Shown: piece by piece, positions 1 to 9,889 of the stretch | How the letters are laid out: every line of letters starts with the position of its first letter | Position numbering within the stretch: the stretch's first letter is position 1 | Source of the DNA: Epithemia pelagica | Taxonomy: Eukaryota > Protista > Bacillariophyta | Reading direction: 5' to 3' | NCBI GenBank assembly: GCA_946965045.2 | Contig: OX337235.1 | Coordinates: 1,302,001 to 1,366,000, forward strand | Length of the DNA: 64,000 bases | Notes under the pieces: model-generated | Told to the model about the DNA's origin: nothing | The model's input: the letters and a program-made list of their open reading frames with translations, nothing else | The model's database searches: none | Program-made: the position numbers and the translations under genes

Positions 1-1
1 G

Positions 2-1711
2 GCCAAAGCTGAGGACGACAAAGCAGAGGAACCTGAGACTAGGAACAAGGAGGAATGCGAAAAAGATTGCTTGTCGAATGGAGACGTCGTTACTCCTCAA
101 ACAACTTCGGAACAACCGCATGGAGAGGACGACGACATGGATGAAAAGGCCCATACGTTTCGTAAACGACGGCTTTCGCTTACCTTCAATCGTATGCCAA
201 ACTTGGAAGAAGATCCTTCCAATAATGAGGACGACGATGCTGATGGACCGGATCCGAAGCGACAGAGGCGTTTATCGACAGCCGAGAGCAGTGTTGCATC
301 CAATACATCTGCGTCGCCCTCATTGAACAATAATAACAACAACAACAATAGCAAGGCGCGCATTATGCATTCGGCTGAAATGATTTCTGGTCCATTCGCC
401 CCTCCCAGTCCGATCCATCACAATCATGTGTTGCACAAACAGAATCCGTTGCCTCCGTCACAATCTTCGGCCTTGGATGATGATGCCGCGGATACTGTAC
501 ATTCTACGCACTTGGAGTCCCATTTGTTGGAGTTTAGCCCTCGCAGACTTCGCACGAGAAGTCGACGAAGATATTCGTGGAAGCAACGGCACCATCATTC
601 GGACGAAGAAATGTTGCCCTTTCCCAAGCATGTGGTGGGGACTTACTCTTGTCATGGTATTGAACCAATCTACGACGAGAGTGATTATGAACAATCACCC
701 CCTCCGAACGAACAACCATCCATAACTACCGGAGACAAGCTGAGCAGAGACAATGAGTCATTTTGGGGTGATTATCAAGACAGCGCGGAAAGCTTTGACA
801 ACGAAGCCAAGATAAATGGTACACAGAAAGAGCAACAAACATCCATATCGGCCAAAATCAATCAAGATCGAGGTGGAATAACATATCCATATGCCAATTC
901 CGATAAGACAGCCTTATTTGCTGTGTATGATGGTCATGGACAAGGTGGTGAATTGGTTTCCCAATTTGCCTTGCATGAAATCCAACGTCGCCTTGAAAAA
1001 CATCCTTTGTTCTCAACCAACTTGGAAGCTGCCATGAGGGAAACCTTTCTTACTGTGGACGAAGCCCTAAAGCACGAACCTATTATTGAACCATTTTTTG
1101 CTGGCACCACGGCCTGTTTGGCCTTGTTGCAGGACAAGAAAATAACCTTGGCGAACGCAGGGGACTCGCGTGCCGTCTTGGGTCGAAAACGCGAGGACAA
1201 TGGTGATTGGGAAGGTATTGATTTAACAAACGATCAAAATCCGGACTCGCCTTTGGAAATGGAACGAATCTTAAATCTGGGTGGTTTTGTGTCGCCACCG
1301 CCCGGTCCAGGGCTTTCAGCGCGTGTGTGGTTGGATGCGGAAATGACTCAAATTGGATTAGCCATGGCGCGATCGATTGGAGACCATGCCGTGTCCGACG
1401 TGGGCGTGATTGCCGATCCCGTCGTCTCGACACATACTGTGAACGAACGGGATGAATTCATGATACTGGCATCGGATGGTGTCTGGGAATTTTTGGAGTC
1501 TCAGGAAGCAGTGCAAATTGTAGGTGACCATTTGGAAGAACTCGGCGCAACCAAGGCCTGTCAAGCGTTAATTGAAGCAGCCGCGTCGAAATGGCACGAA
1601 GAAGAAGGGGAATATCGAGACGATATCACTGCGATTGTGGTACAATTGCACCACTTGTGGAGTGGACAACCATCCAAGTCACAGAAACGGCAACAGACAG
1701 AATCAAACTAA
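2..1711 (+). CDS. Protein phosphatase 2C (PPM family), 5'-truncated by window edge
   Basis: Frame open from base 2; PP2C motifs AVYDGHG, AGTTAC, ANAGDSRAVLG, LAMARSIGD, ILASDGVWEFL, RDDITAIVV; long low-complexity N-terminus. Confidence 0.95.
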   Translation, partial: AKAEDDKAEEPETRNKEECEKDCLSNGDVVTPQTTSEQPHGEDDDMDEKAHTFRKRRLSLTFNRMPNLEEDPSNNEDDDADGPDPKRQRRLSTAESSVASNTSASPSLNNNNNNNNSKARIMHSAEMISGPFAPPSPIHHNHVLHKQNPLPPSQSSALDDDAADTVHSTHLESHLLEFSPRRLRTRSRRRYSWKQRHHHSDEEMLPFPKHVVGTYSCHGIEPIYDESDYEQSPPPNEQPSITTGDKLSRDNESFWGDYQDSAESFDNEAKINGTQKEQQTSISAKINQDRGGITYPYANSDKTALFAVYDGHGQGGELVSQFALHEIQRRLEKHPLFSTNLEAAMRETFLTVDEALKHEPIIEPFFAGTTACLALLQDKKITLANAGDSRAVLGRKREDNGDWEGIDLTNDQNPDSPLEMERILNLGGFVSPPPGPGLSARVWLDAEMTQIGLAMARSIGDHAVSDVGVIADPVVSTHTVNERDEFMILASDGVWEFLESQEAVQIVGDHLEELGATKACQALIEAAASKWHEEEGEYRDDITAIVVQLHHLWSGQPSKSQKRQQTESN

Positions 1712-2967
1712 AAAGGGTTATATTATTTTTCCAATGACAAAATGAATGGTTGCACAACCAATCATATCTTTCACGTTGAGAACAGATCCTCTCTTGTATT
1801 TTGACAAGCGGGTATAGGTCGAACCTGTTTGCAAATTCGGTCAGAATTTCTGTGAAACTGAACCTTGGTTCGAAGAGGTGACTGCTTGTCTTGTCGCACG
1901 TTCTTAGAGAACTGAACGGTGGTCTGTTGTCGTATATGCGGAGCCCTTCTTGAAGTCCTTCTCCTCCTGCTTGGCGATCACCGTTGTTGTGATGTTGTTG
2001 ATTGTTTCTTGTGCAAAGAACCCATCCTTTGTCCACGAACCGTGCAACGACAACGCGAACATCATACTACTTTGTCGCGCATGCTGCTTATATGCTTGAC
2101 TTTGTAGTTGGCTTGTATCTCCAATTCGAAACACACTACTGGGATCATATGGTTCTGCAAGGATGAAGCACGACGTTTGCTCGTTTCCAAAGTCGTGTTC
2201 TATCGCTGCAAAGCAGGTACCAAGCAAGATATGAAGGTTCCAACCGTACGGAGTGTTGGGGATTCCAGCGGGAATCCAATACTAAGCACAAAAAGAAACA
2301 AGGAAGAAATTTGGGACCCAAGAGATCTCATGAATAGTATAAGCTACAGATTTTCTCTTGTTCGTTCTAGATTGTGTCTTTTCCACGAACTCTTTTGTGT
2401 TTTCTCTGGCATGGATTTGTACTCTAGGAGTAGTAGATCCATGAGAAAGGAACCCTAAAGTCACTCTCCACATGTACCATGCCTACGTATACCTTTGTTT
2501 TTGGCATGGGTACAATGACCATTGACTCCCATGTGATATCTTTTGAGTGAGACACGTTCTGTTGTCGCGTGCCTTTGAATATTTCGGTGATCCCGCCATT
2601 GTCCGACGCATCTATTTCTGGTGGCTTGCTCTGTATGGTATGCTTCGTTTGGTAGGCTTCATAGATCGAGTCATGTGTTCTGTTGAGTCACCCACGAGCG
2701 AGCATATCTACATCCGCGACCAAGGAAATTTCGTCGCGCAGGGACACCTACGAAAATTATTACCGATGGCCAGTTGCACGTGTAGCCCAATTAGTATTAA
2801 GAGCTCTACTTCCAAACATCGCCTAATACGGAGCGGGCCATATCAACAAGAAAAATACTTATTATGGTTCCTGATAGTAACTAGAAAGTTAACGTTTATC
2901 CTGCCACCTTAACGGACTTACTGTTATGAAGAATGTTTAATTTTGGTCTTGCAAAACTTACTTAAGA

Positions 2968-3026
2968 TGTTTCCAGTCGTGATACCAGTTGTTTCCGTTG
3001 TTTCCGTTGTTTCCAGTCGTGATACC
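2968..3026. repeat. Left part of a degenerate TGTTTCC/CCAGTCGTG tandem array interrupted by the transposon
   Basis: tgtttccagtcgtgataccagttgtttccgttgtttccgttgtttccagtcgtgatacc; the array resumes at 9176. Confidence 0.85.
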
Positions 3027-3053
3027 CACGTTCGACAAGGAGCCGATTTTGTA
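3027..3053 (+). repeat. Left bipartite terminal inverted repeat
   Basis: CACGTTCGACAAGG + AG + CCGATTTTGTA (second block at 3043-3053, element position 17). Confidence 0.9.
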
Positions 3054-3358
3054 TTGTAATATTATGCCTACAGTATTCACTTGGTCTTGGTCTCTAGGTT
3101 GTAGGTCTTCGCCGGCCGACCCTCCACACGTGCCCATGTGTGTATCGTATCTCGTATCTCGTTCCATTTTTTGAAGTGCAGAACTCGTGATTTGCGCATC
3201 AACAATGATGATACCGCGGGATGTAGTTCTCCAATCGCGAACATATTGCACAGCTTCATTCAGATGATAGTTGTCCATAATACCCTAGAAAGTGTTCGCG
3301 ATTGCACTATTTTTGCCATCTTCCGCTGGAGTAGTAGCCTCCAACAACTTGGATCGTC

Positions 3359-4324
3359 ATGGACGAAGCACTCGCAAAGTTGATCCGTGAAATTGGTTCG
3401 GCCAATAGGCCATGGTGGTATGGCATAAATGTAGGTGAAAGCGATGAGAACAGTCTCGCTAATCTACTTGGGATCTCTACGGAGTCCCTAATGTGCCTAT
3501 TGAGTGTTGTCGGATGGGTGTCACGAGTGGCAACAACGAACGAATCAACATCCTCGTCGTGGAGAGTTCAAGAGAGGAAAATTGAAACCTTCCTAGACCG
3601 GTTTCACCTACGAGACATCACAGCGCTCACGAAAAGCAGGTATGGAAATGAGCAACGGCGACATTTCCTTGAAGTGGGTTGCGACAAAACGAGTGCAAGT
3701 CCGCTTTATGTCTTCCGAAATTTCACCAAGCCATCGATTCAAAATACCAAATCCATTGCAGTACAAACAAAAAAGCTGCTTCTGAATGCAACAACAAAAC
3801 AAGCTGGTGACAGTTCTACGGGGACGACTACGAATCCAACAACGCTGATAAAAACCCCATCTCCAAGGCGGCGCAGAAGTAGCATCCTGAAGAGGCCAAG
3901 AGGAGCAGCTGCTGATGACAAGAGGACGCAAAAGCGAGTTTCTCTCTCCAGTGAGACATTGGAGAATGAAAGAAAACGAGCGATGAGAATGGAGAACAAT
4001 TCAAAGATCACCACTCCTGCTACCAACCAGAACAACAACAAGCAGCACGTGAGCCGGAATCAACTCATCAAGCAACAGCTGATTTGCCATTTGTTTCCGA
4101 AAGTCTTCAAGCCGGAGTTCTTCGATGTGATGGAAGAATACTTTTTGGAATCCGAATCTTTTGAGGAGCAAGATCTTGCTGGTGCCCTCGCCTCCGTCAT
4201 GAAAGTACTGTATGAACACAACGAGAGAGAAAGAGGCGAAATGTTGGGGGTTCAAAGTTTTATGACCCCCAATCAAAAATTGAGCACACCTACGTTGCAT
4301 GCCTATGGAATTGACACCGGTTAG
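3359..4324 (+). CDS. Transposon ORF1 (321 aa): probable N-terminal part of the transposase or a separate accessory protein
   Basis: Intact ORF inside the element, basic NLS-like patches (PRRRRS, KRPR), overlaps ORF2 by 26 bp in another frame. Confidence 0.65.
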   Translation: MDEALAKLIREIGSANRPWWYGINVGESDENSLANLLGISTESLMCLLSVVGWVSRVATTNESTSSSWRVQERKIETFLDRFHLRDITALTKSRYGNEQRRHFLEVGCDKTSASPLYVFRNFTKPSIQNTKSIAVQTKKLLLNATTKQAGDSSTGTTTNPTTLIKTPSPRRRRSSILKRPRGAAADDKRTQKRVSLSSETLENERKRAMRMENNSKITTPATNQNNNKQHVSRNQLIKQQLICHLFPKVFKPEFFDVMEEYFLESESFEEQDLAGALASVMKVLYEHNERERGEMLGVQSFMTPNQKLSTPTLHAYGIDTG

Positions 4325-5804
4325 TGATCTTGTGCGAGACCTTGTCACTCTATCTGACAAGCGAAGAAAGCACGATGTGCTCACGACCCGGATGTCTAAC
4401 GGTAGGATGGTATCTTTGGTTCGGATACCAAAATCTACCAATTTGAAAAGCTTCCATGAGCAAGACAGACACTTCAAGTGGATTGATCAAGTCTTGGAAG
4501 CACTCGGGAAACAAAACGACAGGCCGCGGAAGGTGTTGAAGCCGAGTACAGATGTGCGAAATGACGAGGTAGATGAGCTAGAGGAGGATCAGTTAGAGGA
4601 GGGGCAAGAAGAGGAGCTGACCGACATGGAGTATACGGCAAAGAATCTCTTTGCCCATCTCGGCAAGAGATTTCCGAATGGGGTCAAGGAGGCAGTGAAA
4701 CAACAAAAGTTTGCGTGCGTTGCAATGGACCCGGTTGCAACGTTTGCCATGTGGTCGGACGCAAACATAAACTACTCGCAGGCAAGACTGATTGCACGTC
4801 ACCTCAAGTACTGGTTCGGATGTCCCCTGGTTAGCTCACCTGATGAGCTAAAGAGAGTCCTAGTAACTAAGAAGGCTGTGGCACCGGAATGCAATACGCT
4901 ACAATTAAACAACGAGTCAATCGAATGGAGTGTGCGAGATGCGACACAGGTATTGCTTTACTTTTGCAATACTGTGTTTAATCGAGCTGACACTCGACAG
5001 CATTGGACCTCTATTGATATGGTTGTGTCGGCCGACCATGGGAAAGGCTTCTCTCGTGCCCATGCGGTCTTAATTTGTCGGAAACATGACCCTAGCTCAA
5101 ATAAGTGGACGGAACACAAAGACTCCTACAGTCTAGCAGATGCTAGGTGCAAGAAGGACACCTACGAGATCCTGAAAAGCACCTACATGCCAAAACTAGA
5201 CAGTGCGCTAAGTCAGTTGACAGAGAAAGGCGGTATCGACGTGTGGAAGCGAGCCCAACTAAATGAAAATGAAGAGTGGTACTACTCAAGGCTTGCGGGG
5301 TCACGTCCTGACCAACCTAGCGACACACGCTTCTATGGAGGACTCCCAGTAGAAGTGTTCTTGGCAGGAGACCTAGCCCAAATTATGACCAACTATGGGC
5401 GAGAAGGCATGTCTAGCTGCTGGTGTGCCTTTTGTCAGCTGACAAAGGCAGAATGGCAGCCACTTAGTCATGCTCGAGGCACAAAGTGGTCGCTTGCGAC
5501 AATGAAGGCCCAGCTTGAATACAACAAAACGCTCGATGAGAATGCAAAGGGTGCCCTGCAAAAGGGAATAAAAAATGTGCCTTTGCTTACTGCCGTGGAT
5601 GTGTGTCATGTGTCAATGCCTGTTCTCCACATCAAGTTGGGCGTTGTGAACAAGGCTCTAGATTGTTTGTACAGTGATCTCCAGGCTGCCTGTGAGATCT
5701 ACACAGCAGCCTGGATCGATCTTGAAACGGAATGGCTCAGACGGAAAAAGGAAGAAGAACAAGTGGTGAGCGAGCTGATGGAAATCACGCGGCAGATACA
5801 GGAA

Positions 5805-5842
<38 letters not shown>

Positions 5843-6779
5843 GGTTCCGGATGAGCACATTGCAGCTGAGATTGCTTTGTTGAAACAAAGCCTGAAGGAG
5901 AAGGATGGTGAGCGGAAGGCAAGGGCAAAGTTGGTTAAAGAAGCAAAACATGAATGGGACAAAGAGAAGAGTGTCCCTGAGAACTCACGAAAGCATGGAC
6001 AACCTGTCTATCGCAAGTTCGAAGGGATCGAGCGTGCCCATGGAATTGACAGGGCAGCGTTTCATGGGGGTGCTCTGCAAGGCAACCCCTGCAGCACAGT
6101 GTTGGTTGATCGGAAGTTTATCTTCGAAGAGATTTGGGTCTACGTCCGGGACCTCCCGGACGAACAGAAATGGGTGGATAATGCGACAATCAAAAGGGTG
6201 ATTGATGCCTATGAACGATTGATGGGGCATCTCGATGCCACTTTTTCTATTTTGCAGACGCCTCGGAATCACATCACGCCACAACAGGTGCTCCACTTAG
6301 AGCATCATTTGAAGCATGCTTCTTCGGTATGGCGAGCACTCGACATCCCAATTTCACCCAAGATGCACATTTTGGAAGACCATGCACTTGACGCAGTGAA
6401 ACGGTACGGCGGAATCGGTGATTTGGGTGAAGATGAAGGCGAGCGCGCCCATCAGACTGGGGCGCAGATGGAAAGCCGCATGAAGTCTCTAAACCACTCA
6501 ACAAAGGGGCAAGTTGTAGCTCAGTTGGAGGTGATGACAAAGAATGACGCAGTGCAAGACAGGCTTGTTGCGGTCACGAAAGCGGTACAACGGAACGTGA
6601 ACAGGAGAAATGGTGAGGGGGGTGATCAAGAAGCCCCCAAATCCTACAAAGGCAACAAGCACAAGGCCTTGCGTGACTCTGAGCGGGTGGCACTTCTATC
6701 GATGTTCGCTATCCAAGAGGAGAAGTACCCCCGACTTGATGAACTACGACACCAAAAGTTGCTTCAGTCGGAATCATGA
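4299..6779 (+). CDS. DDE transposase, RAG1-core/Transib/Chapaev3-like (826 aa)
   Basis: Colinear motifs: VVSAD246HGKG, LAGD358L...C376xxC379, PVLHIKLG, LQGN, PKMH690ILEDH695...GIGDLGEDEGE715RAHQ; these match the RAG1 DDE triad plus C2H2 zinc site and the Chapaev3 motifs PLHIKLG and SDEHGERFHQ (recalled). Confidence 0.88.
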
Positions 6780-6830
6780 TAGCTACCATAATCGCATGTA
6801 AGGAATACTAAGTAAGGTTTTGGTTAATGA

Positions 6831-7373
6831 CTAAGCTTTCTCTAGTACAAGTCCCCGCTTCGGGAAACCACTGTCACGGCACGCTGTTTTTAGGAGCTTG
6901 AAAGACTCATGGTGCCCCATGATGGTGAAGCGAAGCATCCACTCCCGACACTCTTCTCCAACGTGACATCGGTCTCCTTCATGTCCCAAAGGCAATGGAA
7001 CGACTGCGAAGAACTCGAGTCCCTCGTGTCCATTGCGTTGACTCCTGACACGAAAGACATCCCAAGCCAACACTTCATGGGACAGAAATGTCTTATGGAC
7101 CAGCGTTTTGTCGGCGCCGGTGTAAGACACTTGAAAGCCATGCCCAAAGTTTGTCTTGCCGACAAAGAGAGCGGCACTGTGGCTCCGAGTCCACCTGTGA
7201 TCCTCTGAATCACGGTCTACTATTCCGACCTCAAACATTCCACCAGTCAATCTCATTGTTGTTGCGTCGTTTTTGCCGCCACCAGCAGTCCTGTTCTTTT
7301 CCGTTGCTTCTGCCACGGGGGCGTGTGTTGTCGTGGCTTGTGTCGTTGTCGTTCTTCTTGTTGTTGTTTGAGG
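6831..7373 (-). CDS. Possible convergent ORF inside the transposon (unknown function)
   Basis: Open frame of ~180 codons ending 52 bp from the transposase stop; ordinary amino-acid composition after a T-rich start; no clear ATG/exon structure. Confidence 0.25.
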   Translation of the reverse strand, partial: PQTTTRRTTTTQATTTHAPVAEATEKNRTAGGGKNDATTMRLTGGMFEVGIVDRDSEDHRWTRSHSAALFVGKTNFGHGFQVSYTGADKTLVHKTFLSHEVLAWDVFRVRSQRNGHEGLEFFAVVPLPLGHEGDRCHVGEECREWMLRFTIMGHHESFKLLKTACRDSGFPKRGLVLEKA

Positions 7374-7930
7374 TCAGCGTGGTTGCTTGCGTTGTCGTTG
7401 TTGATGTTGTTGTTGTCGTCGCGGCTTGTGTTGCTACTGTTGTTGTTGCCACGGCTTGTTTTGACGTTGTTGCTGTTGTCTTCGTCGCGGGTTGTGTTGT
7501 CGTCGTCGTTGTTGTCGTCGCTTGTTGTTGCGGGTTGTGTTGTTGGTGTTGTTGTTGTTGTTTCCTGTCAGCGTCGTGGATTGTGTTGTTGTTGTCGTTT
7601 GTTGATGTCGCAGTGGTGTGTTGTTGTTGCCACGGCTTGTCTTGACGTTGTTGCTGTTGTCTTTGTCGCGGGTTGTGTTGTCGTCGTCGTTGTTGTCGTC
7701 GCTTGTTGTCGCGGGTTGTGTTGTTGGTGTTGTTGTTGTTGTTGTTTCCTGTCAGCGTCGTGGATTGTGTTGTTGATGTCGCCGTGGTGTGTTTTGTTGT
7801 TGTTGTTGTTTGTTGATGTCGCCGTGGCGTGTTTTGTTGTTGTTGTTGTTTGCTGTCAGCTCCGTGGTCCGTGGATTGGGTTGTTGTCGTCGTCGTCAAA
7901 GTTTGTTTGTTGTGTTAGTTCCGTCGCCGT
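7250..7930. repeat. (GTT)n/(GTC)n-rich low-complexity tract with an internal 181-bp tandem duplication
   Basis: Block starting tgttgttgccacggcttg at 7441 recurs at 7622. Confidence 0.85.
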
Positions 7931-8195
7931 CCTCGTCCTTGGCTGCTGGCGCGGACGATGGAGTGGCCTCCTGCGCTGTTTGATTGTTGCATCTTGCATC
8001 ACCATGTGCTTCGCTCTCTCATCATTCCCGATTGTGGAATGATTGTTGATATTCAAAAAGTGGGAACGTCGTTCCCACAGGTCAAGCACGTGTGCAGTCT
8101 TGTTGCAGACAAGGCGGGAAGCGCACGCAAGCTCTTCTACACATGGTGGAGAAGCACTTCGTTTGATTGTTGCATCTCTTCACTTTTTGGAAACC

Positions 8196-8860
8196 ATGCA
8201 AGCAGATGAGCAGAAGCAACCGGATGGATATTGCCTCACGGCAATCCTGAAGGACCAAGCTTCAGGCACCACTGCTGTCCTCAATGGTGTTGCCACTGAT
8301 GGCATTGTCGTGTCGTCATCGTCGTCTTCGTCGCCTTTTTCGTTTTCTGTGGACAACTTCACAGGTGAGAAACACGTTGTACACTTGTCTCTGCTGTTTC
8401 ACGTACTTACCTTTTTGTTGTATCGGTTCCAGGAACCATTTGCATCGACGGTGACTGCTGGAAGCTTGTTTACCTCGACCAGCGTCACCGTTCGATGCAA
8501 TCCAAAGACCCGTTGAGCGTCATTGCCTTCAAGATGAAGGATGCTGAACGCACGGACCACGGGGTTGGTACCATTCATGAAGGAGAAGGAGAAGAAGAAG
8601 CCTCAACTGACGAGTCGTCGGACGATGGTGTTGTGTACACCAAGGACTCATTTTCTCAGGATGTCACCATGATGCAAGACGAGCGCCTTCTCAAGGCTTT
8701 CGACTTGATGAGCCCTGATTCACGACATGAACGTGAAGAGGATGATGAGTTACAGAAGAAGAAGAAGAAATGGAACAACAACAACAACAGCAATGATAGC
8801 AATGACTCACCTTTGTTTGCTCGTCGGTCGACGCGACGCAACAACAAAAAGAAGAACTAA
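8196..8860 (+). CDS. Small spliced hypothetical gene inside the transposon (~198 aa, acidic then basic tail)
   Basis: GT-AG intron 8365-8432 (68 bp, GTGAGA...TTCCAG) joins ORF 8043-8516 in frame to ORF 8495-8860: MQADEQKQPDGYCLTAILK...DNFTG|TICIDGDCWKLVY...RRNNKKKN. Confidence 0.5.
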
Positions 8861-9137
8861 TCACAGGTGGTGGGGCAGCCGTTCATGATTCTTGTTTGAT
8901 TGTTGAATAATGAACCAACCCGCCAGGAATAAGTAGTAGTAGTAGTGAGCAGTGCACGTTGTTGACATGTCTGTTGTTGTGCTCGTTCATATCCGTAGTA
9001 GTTTATCACCCGCTTTGCTTTTGCATCTGTTGTTGTTGCACGCTGGTGGAGGCATGTTCTAATAGGTTATGATGCACCTTGGAGGTACGTTCTAATAGGT
9101 TATGAGACTTCAAGAGAAGTGGAAAATAGTACTAAAG

Positions 9138-9175
9138 TACAAAATCGGGGTTTACTGTACCCCTTGTCGAACGTG
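9138..9175 (-). repeat. Right bipartite terminal inverted repeat
   Basis: Read inward: CACGTTCGACAAGG + GGTACAGTAAACC + CCGATTTTGTA (second block at element position 28). Confidence 0.9.
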
Positions 9176-9292
9176 ACCAGTTGTTTCCGTTGTTTCCAGT
9201 TGTTTTTCCAGTTGTTTCCAGTCGTGTTTCCGTTGTTTCCACGCTGTTCCAGTCGTGTGCCCGTTGTTTCCAGTCGTGTGCCCGTTGTTTCC
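9176..9292. repeat. Right continuation of the TGTTTCC/CCAGTCGTG array
   Basis: accagttgtttccgttgtttccagttgtttttccagttgtttccagtcgtg...; includes a duplicated 21-bp unit ccagtcgtgtgcccgttgttt. Confidence 0.85.
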
Positions 9293-9889
9293 GGTCGCCG
9301 TTCGCATGAGACTCTCGGCCCAACGAGATTCAGGACTCCACTCATTTTCCTTTAGTAAACAATATGCGTAAAACCAACCAAGGCTCACCACTCACTCGAT
9401 GGTGACGAGACGCTAGCACAACAATCAACCCGCCTCCTCTTTGCATACGAACAGCTACTAATAGAGAGCATCAACCTAGTTGTACATGCACGTATGTGTC
9501 GTAGGCCGTAGCTATCGTTTCCGCCGTCATTCATCTGTCTTCATCCATCCTCGTTCGCCACCCTCTCTTTTGCCTGCATCGATCCATTTGTCTTTGTCTT
9601 TCTTGATTGTCACCATGTCTACCAAGAGACTCAAGATTCCATGGATGGTTGTGATGGCGGCTGACTTGATTGTTGCGTTTGATGTTTGATTGTTTTGTTT
9701 TGTTTTGACGAAGAGCTGTTTGTTGCGTTCGCACGCCATTGTCGTTGATTGTTTTGTGTTCGATGTTGAATGTTGAATGCTCGTCAACGTCCAAGGATCA
9801 TTCCACCAAAGCCCCCTACCGTGAGGATCCGAGTGCTTTTCAGCCAGAAAGTTCAGGATCTTTCTTGGGATCTTTCTTCGTGTATCCAA

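Larger units (their letters stand above)
3027..9175 (+). mobile_element. Complete 6149-bp cut-and-paste DNA transposon of the CMC(Chapaev3)/Transib-RAG1-like group
   Basis: Perfect 14-bp TIR CACGTTCGACAAGG (3027-3040 / 9162-9175); 3-bp TSD ACC (3024-3026 / 9176-9178); removing the element plus one TSD restores gtcgtgatACCagttgtttccg, identical to the unit just upstream; encodes a DDE transposase. Confidence 0.93.

Noticed and set aside
2471-2517. Imperfect hairpin (CATGTACCATGCC...GGCATGGGTACAATG) as a Helitron end or terminator
   Set aside because: No adjacent CTRR terminus or matching 5' end identified
1626-2912. Several 100-136-aa ORFs between PP2C and the repeat array
   Set aside because: No motifs and no consistent exon chain could be built
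3043-3053. Calling the transposon ends true RSSs
   Set aside because: Heptamer matches only at CAC, and the nonamer-like ACAAAATCG is inverted relative to an RSS; only the 11-bp offset is reported
7088-8042. Plus-strand poly-Val/Leu/Cys ORFs (7088-7645, 7323-8042)
   Set aside because: Artefacts of translating a (GTT)n tract
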